From: a virus
Lineage: Duplodnaviria > Caudoviricetes
Length of the DNA: 48,882 nt
Direction: 5' to 3' (one strand)
IMG/VR virus record: IMGVR_UViG_3300011335_000824
Span: 1-48,882 of that record
Position numbers and translations under genes: made by a program
In this document: positions 15,614 to 25,051 of the stretch, one piece after another
How the letters are laid out: every line of letters starts with the position of its first letter
Position numbering within the stretch: position 1 is the stretch's first letter
Notes under the pieces: generated by a model
Seen by the model: only the letters and a program-made list of their open reading frames with translations
What the model was told of the DNA's origin: nothing
Databases searched by the model: none

Positions 15614-16572
15614 TGTTCTAATATTGCTAATCCAAAACCATATTTTCCGAAATCGTTTCCATTAAAGGTCATATAATGAGTTCCATTTACTTCAAAAACA
15701 TGAGGATAATGATGCATTGTACTATCCCATCCTGTTTCTGAGTATTCTATTCCTGCTTCTTTATCTTTACGTTCCCAATTAATTAAGTCAGTTGAAGTAG
15801 CGTAACCTATTTTATATCCTCTTCCAGGTATATTTCTAAAATCTAAACCTTCTCTATATGCAAAATACATATGATACAACCCATCTTTATAAAATACATC
15901 AGGTCCAGCTTGACATTCGTTTTCATCTAAAATGTCTGGGATTATATTTTGATTGTGTCGTTTCCAGTTTATTCCATTGTCTGAAATTGCTAATCTGTTT
16001 TTATATATTATTTCAGGTTTGCCATTATAGTTAATCCATTTTGTTCCTGCTAAATAGAACATGTACCATTTATCGTTAAATTTTCTAACTTTAGGTCCAC
16101 TTAAGACAAAAGGTTCAAACGTGTCTGCTGATAATATAGGTCCTGGTCCTATTTTGTTAAATGTTTCTCCATTGTCTTCACTTATTGCTAATCCAATTGA
16201 GGTATTGAATGGTACAGATTGACAACGAGTCCAACCCGCATAATAGAATAATATTTTATCTTCATGTTTAATGTTACAAGAGGGGTATACTGCAAATTCA
16301 TCAAATGTTCCTAATTCACCTAGAGACATTACTGGTTTATCTGATACTTGAATGATTTTAGTTAAATTATTTTTATCTAAGTCTAGAAATGTTGTGTATG
16401 ATTTTGCAAAACCATTCTCATCATTCTCTGGTCGGCAAGAAAAATATATTCTAACTACATTATCTAAAACTAAAGCATGGGTACATTGAGAATGAGTTTT
16501 CATCCAAGGTCTATCAATTCCATCATTCCATGTTGTTGGATCAAATATATGTCCTAATTTTTTCCACTTCAT
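15610..16572 (-). CDS. Five-bladed beta-propeller glycoside hydrolase-like protein (GH32/43/130-type fold)
   Basis: Repeated GLAISED, LAISDNGINW, GYATSTDLINW blades. Confidence 0.75.
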   Translation of the reverse strand: MKWKKLGHIFDPTTWNDGIDRPWMKTHSQCTHALVLDNVVRIYFSCRPENDENGFAKSYTTFLDLDKNNLTKIIQVSDKPVMSLGELGTFDEFAVYPSCNIKHEDKILFYYAGWTRCQSVPFNTSIGLAISEDNGETFNKIGPGPILSADTFEPFVLSGPKVRKFNDKWYMFYLAGTKWINYNGKPEIIYKNRLAISDNGINWKRHNQNIIPDILDENECQAGPDVFYKDGLYHMYFAYREGLDFRNIPGRGYKIGYATSTDLINWERKDKEAGIEYSETGWDSTMHHYPHVFEVNGTHYMTFNGNDFGKYGFGLAILEQ

Positions 16573-17270
16573 ACTAGAGTATATTCGTTTAAATATTTAT
16601 TTATTTGTTCTTTTGAATTAAACATTAGTACATCAATTATTGATAACCAAGGGATAAATTCATTATTGAATTGTTTATATTGGATTGGATTTGATTTGAT
16701 AAAATTAAGTTTAATTTTGTTTTGTTTAAAAGTTTCTTTATCATATAATTCTACTCCTCCTATAGAGTTTATATATTGAGTAGCATTTCTTTCTTTACAT
16801 ATTGCTAATACTTTATCTTGTGATTTTAAAGTATGATCTGTATCTATTGTAGAAGAAATTATTACTTTAGTTTTAATATCTAAGTATTCATTTACTAAAA
16901 CAATACTATCATATATAAACCTAAATAGGTTAACTTCAGGATTATTTAAACATTTTGAAATTAAATCAAATGATTCTTTAAAATAAGGAGCCTTACTATA
17001 TGAAGATTTAATTGTATTTAGGATTTTGTTTTTATCTTTCTCCCATAACCCAGATAATTCTCGTTCTACTACATTTAAATAATCTGAATTTTTTTTTAAG
17101 GGTAGGGAGAATAATTGGTCTGTTCCATTAGATAAAATACGATTTCTATTAATAAATCCTTTTTTAGTATATTGAATGTTATCATATATAACAAATTCGT
17201 CTACTGAATTTATTAGTTGAAAGTAGCCAATATAAGGCATGAAATAGGGTTGCATTATTCCTACTACCAT
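16569..17270 (-). CDS. wbqC: WbqC family protein (putative glycyltransferase)
   Basis: IMQPYFMPYIGYFQLI, NRNRI, YSKAPYF, LSIIDVLMF. Confidence 0.93.
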   Translation of the reverse strand: MVVGIMQPYFMPYIGYFQLINSVDEFVIYDNIQYTKKGFINRNRILSNGTDQLFSLPLKKNSDYLNVVERELSGLWEKDKNKILNTIKSSYSKAPYFKESFDLISKCLNNPEVNLFRFIYDSIVLVNEYLDIKTKVIISSTIDTDHTLKSQDKVLAICKERNATQYINSIGGVELYDKETFKQNKIKLNFIKSNPIQYKQFNNEFIPWLSIIDVLMFNSKEQINKYLNEYTLV

Positions 17271-17917
17271 TATCTATTTGCTTTAGTATAAATTTCAAAT
17301 TTAGATAAGTCTGGATAAGGCATTTCTAAGTCCTCATTTTGTTTGGGGGTTTCGCCATTATAAAACTGATTCATTAGTAACAATCCACGAGCCGCTAATT
17401 CAGGCATCATATAAAAATTCCAACCTAACATATCAAAATTATCATCGTGATATGAACATTCTCTTCTACCACTATATCTTGCTCGTTTAAACCAAAGATA
17501 AGCGTCATGACTATCTGTTAATATAGCTCCACCTTTAGATAGTTTAAAATGTTTAAATGGACCAGTAAAACTAATACACATATGTGTTCCTTTTTTATAC
17601 ATTTCTGTTGTAAATGATAAAGCTGAATCCCAAACATTTGAACCTTCTAAATTGTAAGCACCTTTAATTGTTTTTCCTTTAACTTGTCTAAATTTTACTT
17701 TCAATCCAGCATGAATAATTTCACATGGTACTGAGGGATATGTTCGATTAGGAATAGTAATTTCATTTACATGAATACTTTTCTTAACATAATTTTCATA
17801 GTATAAAGATAAAAATAAAGCGTTACTTTGATTGTCAACAGTCACTACATAAGGTGCTCCTGTGTATTCACCTAAGCGCCTTTCAAATTCATTTGTTATA
17901 TCATATACATTTTTCAT
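17270..17917 (-). CDS. Short DegT/DnrJ/EryC1/StrS-family PLP aminotransferase
   Basis: FERRLGEYTGAPY, WDSA, SFTGPFKHFKLSKGGAILTD, GWNFYM; only 215 aa. Confidence 0.8.
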   Translation of the reverse strand: MKNVYDITNEFERRLGEYTGAPYVVTVDNQSNALFLSLYYENYVKKSIHVNEITIPNRTYPSVPCEIIHAGLKVKFRQVKGKTIKGAYNLEGSNVWDSALSFTTEMYKKGTHMCISFTGPFKHFKLSKGGAILTDSHDAYLWFKRARYSGRRECSYHDDNFDMLGWNFYMMPELAARGLLLMNQFYNGETPKQNEDLEMPYPDLSKFEIYTKANR

Positions 17918-17921
17918 GCTT

Positions 17922-17953
17922 TAAATATATTAATTGTTTATTAAATTTCCAAG
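17922..17953 (-). promoter_or_regulatory. Bacteroidota-type promoter (weaker match)
   Basis: CTTG-N20-TATATTTA upstream of the DegT gene. Confidence 0.5.
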
Positions 17954-18844
17954 TTTACTTATTCTTTTTTGAATGTAAGAAGAAATATTTTCATCAAATG
18001 TATCTCTACTATTCCATGTATTGTTTAGTTTAATATTGTTTTTGTAATAAGAATATAAACTAAAGTTTTCAAAATTTTTACAATATGATAATCTGTATAT
18101 TGTTTGTCCTTCTAAAACATATTGTTGAACATCTCCTCTTATTTGTTTAAAATAACTACTAACATTCATTGAATATGTGTCCCATCCTCCCTTACCTTTC
18201 CATTCATCCCAAATGGGTGCTAAGTCCTCAACATATGATTTACTATATAAGTCAAACCATCCAGCATACTTAAAACAATTTATTGGTTGTAAAGATATTT
18301 CTTGGTTTAAGTTATCTTGATTATTTATTATTTCAAATGAATTAAGTCTATTTCCATATGGAATATTATTGTAAATAGGATTAACTAAAATATCCCATGA
18401 ACTATCCCACATTTTAGGAATTTGAGGGGTGATTACAAAATATTTATTTTTTACTTGTTTAGCTCCTTCAATCATATAAGCTATTACATACTCACTAAAT
18501 ATCATATCAGGACATAAATTTATATAAGCATCTATTTCTGGTGATATAGATTCTCTTTCAAAATCTAAATGCCCATATAGTTCACTACCATCATATATTT
18601 TTAAGGTTCTTTTAAATTCAGTAGGAAATAAAAAATCTAAATTTTTATATTTTTCTATAAAAAATTCTTTTGATAATTTAGATTCATTCCAATTAATCAT
18701 ATAACTAGAAAGATTTAAACATAATTCTAAAATCACATTATCTTTTTTATCAAAATGATAAAACGATTTAACTAACTGATTACATGTTAATAAAGCAGAG
18801 TCTAACTCCCAAGGCATTAAATGCAGTCTAAGTTTAATATTCAT
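17930..18844 (-). CDS. Hypothetical protein, possibly a glycosyltransferase
   Basis: 304 aa; YINLCPDMIF and GKGGWD resemble GT-A motifs; lies within the sugar island. Confidence 0.55.
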   Translation of the reverse strand: MNIKLRLHLMPWELDSALLTCNQLVKSFYHFDKKDNVILELCLNLSSYMINWNESKLSKEFFIEKYKNLDFLFPTEFKRTLKIYDGSELYGHLDFERESISPEIDAYINLCPDMIFSEYVIAYMIEGAKQVKNKYFVITPQIPKMWDSSWDILVNPIYNNIPYGNRLNSFEIINNQDNLNQEISLQPINCFKYAGWFDLYSKSYVEDLAPIWDEWKGKGGWDTYSMNVSSYFKQIRGDVQQYVLEGQTIYRLSYCKNFENFSLYSYYKNNIKLNNTWNSRDTFDENISSYIQKRISKLGNLINN

Positions 18845-19610
18845 TTCTTAATTTATTATATGTTTTTACAATACCTTGCTCTAATCCAATATAATTTATT
18901 CCTAAGTCAGTAAATTTTCCTATGTACCTTGTTCCTATACCTGAGTTGTTTAGTTTAATTTCAACTTGATGACCATTTAAATGATTAATTATGTCAGTTA
19001 TATGATACAGTGTTTTTGATTCACAATAAGTACAATCAATTTCTTTAGGTAAATTATTATTTAATATATAAAATTCTACTAATGAAACCAAATCTTCCAT
19101 GTAAAAGAAATCCATGTATTTATTTTGATGAATTTCCATAGATTCATTATTAATGTATTTTTTAATGCTTGTTTTAATGAATCTAGTTTCCCATTCATTT
19201 TCATCAAATACTCCAAATATTCTTATGTTGTAAAAGTTTTCTTTTTCTATTATAGATTTATAAATAATATGTTTACTTAAACCATACGGAGTGTCTTTTT
19301 GCAATAACTCAGCGCCAGATCCAAAGTTAATAAACTTGTTGTATTTGTTTTTATGTGTTAGTAAGTTGTAGTACATTTGAAGATTTTGGTCCATAATGGA
19401 TGAATCTTCTGGTTTAAGTCTACTGCCTCCTACAACTGCACAATGAATAACTACATCAAAATACTTGTCTTCAAACCAAGTGTTTATTGCTTTACTGTCT
19501 ATTAAGTTTAACTGCTGTCTTGTTGGAGCATACACTTCATGTGTATTTCTTAAAGCAGCTGTTAAACTTTTAGCCACATAACCATTTCCTCCTGTTATTA
19601 ATATTTTCAT
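18834..19610 (-). CDS. NAD-dependent epimerase/dehydratase (extended SDR)
   Basis: MKILITGGNGYVA, VIHCA, YGLSK; start at 19610 gives an ATGA overlap. Confidence 0.9.
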   Translation of the reverse strand: MKILITGGNGYVAKSLTAALRNTHEVYAPTRQQLNLIDSKAINTWFEDKYFDVVIHCAVVGGSRLKPEDSSIMDQNLQMYYNLLTHKNKYNKFINFGSGAELLQKDTPYGLSKHIIYKSIIEKENFYNIRIFGVFDENEWETRFIKTSIKKYINNESMEIHQNKYMDFFYMEDLVSLVEFYILNNNLPKEIDCTYCESKTLYHITDIINHLNGHQVEIKLNNSGIGTRYIGKFTDLGINYIGLEQGIVKTYNKLRNEY

Positions 19611-21334
19611 TCTATCCATTGTATGTTACTTAACTCTCCGGGTATAAATTTTCCTTCTGCATCTAGCTTTGCTACTACCTTTGGTTCATGGAACTCATCA
19701 GGATCAGTAAAGATTTCTAACACACATGGACCTTCCTGAGATAAGAATTTATTTAGGGTTGGTTGTATGGTATCGTTATCTTTTATACTGTAGTATGGCA
19801 GATCATATGCTTTAATTACTTTCTCATAGTTAGGAAATGATACACCACTATTCTTTTCTGATGCCACATAGTTACCATTAAAGAATGTTTTTTGAGATAC
19901 TTTTATAGATAAGTATCCATCATTATTAATTACTATTAATTTAATAGGAAGATTGTAATGTTTCATAGTTTGTAATTCATGAATATTTAAATGTAAACTT
20001 CCATCTCCTTCTATACAAACTATTTTATTATGTGTAGCAGCTCCAATAGCAGCTGGTAAGCCATAACCCATAGGAGCACACCCTGTATTAGTAATTAATC
20101 TTTGATTTCCTGTTAAATCCATCACTTGCATAGTAACTACATTAGCTGAGCCATCACTAGTAACAACATGATGATCTTTAGGTAAAACTTTTGATAATTG
20201 TTCTATAAAAGCATAAACACTAGCACTACCTTTTTTATTTCTATGTCTAGGCAATACTTTAGGAGCTTTATTACTTTCTTTACATTCTGCTAACCATTCT
20301 AAATTACTTACATTAATATCTTCTTGTAACAACTTATTAATAAAATCTTTAGCATCTGAATGTATCTTATGGTCGGGAAATAGAGTTGGTTTGTCTAATT
20401 CATTTTTATCTATGTCAACATATATTCTATAAGCTTGTTTAGCAAATCCTTTAAAGTTATATCCTGTTTGTCTCACATATAACCTACTTCCTATTGATAA
20501 TAGAAAATCACATTCACTTAATAATTTATTAGCGCTAATTTGAGCATGTGTTCCAAACCTACCGCAATAATGTTCATAGTCTGAAGTTACTATATCGTTT
20601 CCGTTTACAGCTGAGATAGTTGGTATGTTTGTTTTAGTTAGTAATTCTCTTAACTCATTTACCCCTCCTGATAATCTTATTCCATTACCAACTAATAGTA
20701 AGGGTTTCTTTGCATTATTCCACTTAGTAATAACTTGTTCTATATCTAATTTACTAGCTTGAGGAAACTCAATAAATTCATTATATCCATGTAGTTGTTC
20801 AGGATTTATTTCAGCTGATTGTATATTAAGAGGTATATCTAACCATACAGGACCTGATCTTCCTGTTGTTGCTAAAGTACAAGCTTTTTCTAAATGAAAT
20901 CTTATATCATTTGTATCATTAACCTGCACTGCATATTTTGTCATATTTTTAACAGACTCTACTATGTTGTACTCCTGATCACCTAACTGTCTTAATGACT
21001 GTCTTGTGTAGTTTGTTGTTAGCTCTTTATTAACTTGACCACTAATAACAATAACAGGTATTGAATCTAGCCAACTGCATAGAGTACCAGTCATTGCATT
21101 TGTAGCTCCAGGTCCACTTGTTACTATACAAACTCCTAGTTTATTATTCATTCTAGCATAACCTTCTGCTGCTATTGCTGCTGCCTGTTCATGATGAGTA
21201 GCTACATAATTAACTCCCTCAGTGTGCCCTAATGAATCTATAAGAAAGATACATCCCCCTCCTGACACAGTAAATATAGTATCAGTGTTGTATTTATCTC
21301 TTAAGTATTGTATTATATAATCAGATACTCTCAT
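19607..21334 (-). CDS. Thiamine diphosphate-dependent enzyme (acetolactate synthase/YerE-like)
   Basis: HHEQAAAIAAEGY, TSGPG, GPVWLDIP, MGYGLPAAIGA, GDGS...NNDGY. Confidence 0.93.
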   Translation of the reverse strand: MRVSDYIIQYLRDKYNTDTIFTVSGGGCIFLIDSLGHTEGVNYVATHHEQAAAIAAEGYARMNNKLGVCIVTSGPGATNAMTGTLCSWLDSIPVIVISGQVNKELTTNYTRQSLRQLGDQEYNIVESVKNMTKYAVQVNDTNDIRFHLEKACTLATTGRSGPVWLDIPLNIQSAEINPEQLHGYNEFIEFPQASKLDIEQVITKWNNAKKPLLLVGNGIRLSGGVNELRELLTKTNIPTISAVNGNDIVTSDYEHYCGRFGTHAQISANKLLSECDFLLSIGSRLYVRQTGYNFKGFAKQAYRIYVDIDKNELDKPTLFPDHKIHSDAKDFINKLLQEDINVSNLEWLAECKESNKAPKVLPRHRNKKGSASVYAFIEQLSKVLPKDHHVVTSDGSANVVTMQVMDLTGNQRLITNTGCAPMGYGLPAAIGAATHNKIVCIEGDGSLHLNIHELQTMKHYNLPIKLIVINNDGYLSIKVSQKTFFNGNYVASEKNSGVSFPNYEKVIKAYDLPYYSIKDNDTIQPTLNKFLSQEGPCVLEIFTDPDEFHEPKVVAKLDAEGKFIPGELSNIQWIE

Positions 21335-22337
21335 ATGTTTCTTGTAATACTTGTTTTATTATTTTTATATCTTCTATATCTTGAAGAAAGTTATGGTCTG
21401 TTGATAGAGCCATTGTTAACTTTCCTGTACTTTTTTTATCTGATTTTACTATTTCTAATAGACTTTCTAAATTAAACCAAGACTGTTCTAATTTTATATT
21501 TGATTGATGTATTAATTCTATTCCTTTTTCAAGGAGTTGATTGTAATTAGGTACTTTATATTCTAATTTAGAAGTAATTCGACTTGCAATCATACTTCCT
21601 AAAATAACAGCTATACCATGAGGGAGATTATTTTGTGATGTGGTTTCTAAGGCATGTCCAAATGTATGTCCAAAATTTAAATACTTACGTTCTCCTTTAT
21701 CAAATTCATCTCTAGAAAGTATATCTCCTTTAAATAATAATCCTTTATATATCATATCATTTATATCTCCATCAATGTCAAATTGATCAATTCTATTTTC
21801 TAGTATATGAAATTTATATATCTCTCCTAATCCACTACAATAGTCTAATGTAGATAAAGTTTTTAAAAATTCAGTACAAATATAAATGTTGTTAGGTGGA
21901 TAAAATGTTCCTAAAATATTTTTCTTACCTTTAACATTTATAGAAGTTTTCCCTCCTAAACAACTATCAGCTTGAGATAATAAAGTTGTTGGAACTAAAG
22001 CATATTGAATTCCTCTACAATATATTGAAGCACAAAACCCAATTAGATCTTGTAAAATACCTCCTCCTATTACTACTAATTTAGTTTGTATATTAGCTTT
22101 TCGTTCAATTAAAGTATCAAAAATACTATATGTACCCTCTAAGGTCTTAGTATTTTCATTACATTCTATCCTAATATTTTCTTCTCTATACAATTCAGGA
22201 TATAATTTAGAAACATTATTATCTATAAAAGTAATAGTATTAGGTTGGTCAATGAGAGACTGTATGTTATTAAGAGTATCTACAAACTGAATATTATAGT
22301 TATTAATTTTTGATTGTATTTCTATAGTATTGTACAT
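21321..22337 (-). CDS. 3-dehydroquinate synthase-like (sugar phosphate cyclase superfamily)
   Basis: GGGILQD, RGI, PTTLLSQADS, GGKT, KNILGTF, LNFGHTFGHALE, HGIAV, DKK. Confidence 0.9.
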   Translation of the reverse strand: MYNTIEIQSKINNYNIQFVDTLNNIQSLIDQPNTITFIDNNVSKLYPELYREENIRIECNENTKTLEGTYSIFDTLIERKANIQTKLVVIGGGILQDLIGFCASIYCRGIQYALVPTTLLSQADSCLGGKTSINVKGKKNILGTFYPPNNIYICTEFLKTLSTLDYCSGLGEIYKFHILENRIDQFDIDGDINDMIYKGLLFKGDILSRDEFDKGERKYLNFGHTFGHALETTSQNNLPHGIAVILGSMIASRITSKLEYKVPNYNQLLEKGIELIHQSNIKLEQSWFNLESLLEIVKSDKKSTGKLTMALSTDHNFLQDIEDIKIIKQVLQETYESI

Positions 22338-22957
22338 GAATATCCTCCGTCTATTATTATATTTTGTCCTGCTATATAATTATTTTCTACTGTAAGTTGA
22401 TATACTAATTTTGCTACTTCTTCTGGTGTACCTAATCTTTTTAAAGGTATTTGACTTGTTATGTTTTGTATCTCTAATTCTGAATTATTTTGATAGGTTA
22501 AATCTGTCCCTATAAATCCAGGTGATATTGTATTAGCTATTATACCTTGATCTCCGTATTCAGCTACAATTGATTTTGTTAATGCATGTAGAGCATTTTT
22601 ACTAGCACTATATGCTAATCTTTTAGGTTTAGCTAATTCTATCCAAATACTCCCTATGTTTATTATTCTTCCATAACTTTTATTTAACATATAAGGAAGA
22701 CATTGTTGAATAATTGAAAGAGGTGACTGATAATTTACCTGCATCACCTTATTATTATCTATTTCTTCAATATATTTTAAAGGATTTATCCCAGCATTAT
22801 TAATAATAATATCAAAATCAGTTTTTACTAGTATAAAATTCTTTGTTAGATCTAACTCTTCCCTTGTTGGAGAATAAACACTATGATCATTTTCTTTAAA
22901 TAGGGTTACAATTGCTTTACCTATACCTCTAGAACCTCCTGTAACTAGTATCTTCAT
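22322..22957 (-). CDS. Classical SDR oxidoreductase
   Basis: TGGSRGIG, NNAG, YSASK, PGFI. Confidence 0.93.
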   Translation of the reverse strand: MKILVTGGSRGIGKAIVTLFKENDHSVYSPTREELDLTKNFILVKTDFDIIINNAGINPLKYIEEIDNNKVMQVNYQSPLSIIQQCLPYMLNKSYGRIINIGSIWIELAKPKRLAYSASKNALHALTKSIVAEYGDQGIIANTISPGFIGTDLTYQNNSELEIQNITSQIPLKRLGTPEEVAKLVYQLTVENNYIAGQNIIIDGGYSCTIL

Positions 22958-22958
22958 A

Positions 22959-23756
22959 TTAAAATGTAGAAGATTGATTAATACGATCTTGGATCATTTT
23001 AATTCGTTTAATATCTTGATTTGCTAAAGTAGTATAGTATTCATGCTTGCTTGTCATCCACTCATACTCAAACATTTGAGCTTTAGCTAACACTCTAGAT
23101 AAATTCTTTAATGCTATTGACGGATCAAAAATACAATATCTAGTTTCAAATTTATCAAGTAATCCTTCTGAGTGTAGTTTCTTAAGAAAATCTAATGACT
23201 CAATAGATACAGCTCCTCCTAAACAAGCTTTTAAACCTTTAGTTTTTGCTTTAATGAATACTTGTTTTGTTAATTTGTAAATCTCTTCACTATTTACATA
23301 AGATCTATCCTTACCCATTGATGATACTAAGTCAACTCTACCTACAGTCACCCCATACAGATCTTGTACTTCAGGAATAGATAATATTTTATCAGAATTA
23401 TTCATAGCAGTTATTGTTTCTAAGTTTACATTTAACTGTAATGAACTTAAAGTATCTTTTGATATATGAGTTTTAGTGGCTTGTAAGAATTTTATTAATC
23501 CAAATTCTGATTCAACCATAGGTGCCACAATTCCTTTTACTCCAATAATAGTAGAGTCTTTTAAATCCCTAATAGCTTCTGGTCCTCCAATCTTTAATGT
23601 AATTTTTACTTTAGCTTCATTACATACTTGTTTAAGTCTAACTGTTTCATTAAAGGTAGCGCCTTCATCTTCAAAGCTAGTTTTGATACCTATTAGTCCC
23701 TCACTCTCAATAAGGTCTGTTAGGATTTTTACACATTTTGATTCTCTTATATTCAT
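22959..23756 (-). CDS. HpcH/HpaI aldolase / citrate lyase family protein
   Basis: KIGGPEA, APMVES, NLET, VGRVDL; likely ATG at 23756. Confidence 0.8.
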   Translation of the reverse strand: MNIRESKCVKILTDLIESEGLIGIKTSFEDEGATFNETVRLKQVCNEAKVKITLKIGGPEAIRDLKDSTIIGVKGIVAPMVESEFGLIKFLQATKTHISKDTLSSLQLNVNLETITAMNNSDKILSIPEVQDLYGVTVGRVDLVSSMGKDRSYVNSEEIYKLTKQVFIKAKTKGLKACLGGAVSIESLDFLKKLHSEGLLDKFETRYCIFDPSIALKNLSRVLAKAQMFEYEWMTSKHEYYTTLANQDIKRIKMIQDRINQSSTF

Positions 23757-23758
23757 GT

Positions 23759-24109
23759 TTACCAAATAAATTTATTTTTATAATATTCAACTATATGTTT
23801 TAACTCTTTATCAAATTGTTTTTTAGACTTCCACCCTAATGCTCTTAATTTAGAGTCATCTAAAGCGTATCTAACATCTTGTCCTGGTCTAATACAAGAC
23901 CAATCAATATGTTTATTTATATCTTCTATATTTATATCATTTAATATAAGTAATTTTTTTACAGTATCAAAATTACTTTGCTTAAAACCTCCACAAATGT
24001 TAAAAATCTCATTTTTAACTTCAGATTTTATAATTGTTATTATAGCATTAGCAGTATCTTGAGCATGTAACTAATTTCGAATTGGAGTACCATTATCATA
24101 TATTTTCAT
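23759..24109 (-). pseudogene. rmlB: dTDP-glucose 4,6-dehydratase remnant (large internal deletion plus nonsense codon)
   Basis: MKIYDNGTPIRN*LHAQD...RPGQDVRYALDDSKLRALGW...; TAG at 24071-24073 replaces the conserved Trp; no Rossmann domain. Confidence 0.85.
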
Positions 24110-25050
24110 TTTATATTTTTAAAGGTATTTATGTTATAATATAAATCATTATCAAAATCAGAAAATTGAGAATAATTAAATATTAAATCTTCTACAATTT
24201 CTTCTGCTTTATATTTAGGTGTAAAATTAAGAAATTTTTTTGCTTTTTCCAAACTTACTTTGTAATTTCTTACATCATGTATATTTAAAGTTTTTATTTC
24301 TATTGATTTTTCTATAAATTTTTCTACTTTATTTTTAACTATTTCTGCTAATTCTTTTATTTGATAGTTATCTGAAAATACATTGTATGTACCTGATGGA
24401 GCATCTATTTCTACAGCGTTAACATATGCTTGAACCGCATCTTGAATTGATAAAATTGGTCTCCATATTTCTGGGTTGTTAACTGTGATGACATTGTCAG
24501 ACATAGCATTTTTAAACATAATATTTAAAACTAAATCTAATCTCATTCTAGGAGAATATCCACATACTGTTCCTTTTCTTAAAGCAATAACTTTAAAATT
24601 ATCATCAGCTATTTGTAATACTCCTCTTTCACCTTGCAGTTTAGAAATACCATATGGATGTTGAGTGATTGTTAAATCTTCTTCAGTTGAAAATTTATCA
24701 TCTGTAAATCCATACACTGAACAACTGCTTGCATATACAAATTTCTTTACTCCTGCTTTTTTAGCTATGTAAGCTAAATATGAAGGACAAGCCGCATTGT
24801 ATATAAAATTTTTAGCAGGTGAAAAATCTGCCATGGGGTCATTTGATAAACCCGCTGTAAAAATAACACAATCAAAATTAGATAAATAGTTAGTGTTTAT
24901 ATCAAAAATATCTTTATTAATTACTTCTTGACCTGTTTTATTTCCAAACCATTGTAAATCAACTATGGTAACATTATGATTTCGTTGGTTGAGTGTTTTT
25001 ACTAATTGGGTACCTACATATCCACAACCTCCAGCTATTAATATATTCAT
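24106..25050 (-). CDS. NAD-dependent epimerase/dehydratase (extended SDR)
   Basis: AGGCGYVG, ASSCSVYG, YGISK, RMRLDLVLN. Confidence 0.9.
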   Translation of the reverse strand: MNILIAGGCGYVGTQLVKTLNQRNHNVTIVDLQWFGNKTGQEVINKDIFDINTNYLSNFDCVIFTAGLSNDPMADFSPAKNFIYNAACPSYLAYIAKKAGVKKFVYASSCSVYGFTDDKFSTEEDLTITQHPYGISKLQGERGVLQIADDNFKVIALRKGTVCGYSPRMRLDLVLNIMFKNAMSDNVITVNNPEIWRPILSIQDAVQAYVNAVEIDAPSGTYNVFSDNYQIKELAEIVKNKVEKFIEKSIEIKTLNIHDVRNYKVSLEKAKKFLNFTPKYKAEEIVEDLIFNYSQFSDFDNDLYYNINTFKNIK

Positions 25051-25051
25051 A

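Noticed and set aside
19607-22337. ilvB and aroB as amino-acid biosynthesis auxiliary genes
   Set aside because: They are embedded among nucleotide-sugar genes with no other ilv or aro genes, so gene symbols were withheld.
24071-24073. In-frame TAG as evidence of stop-codon recoding
   Set aside because: It replaces a Trp (one change from TGG) in an already truncated gene. Other genes end normally in TAG, and gene density under the standard code is high.
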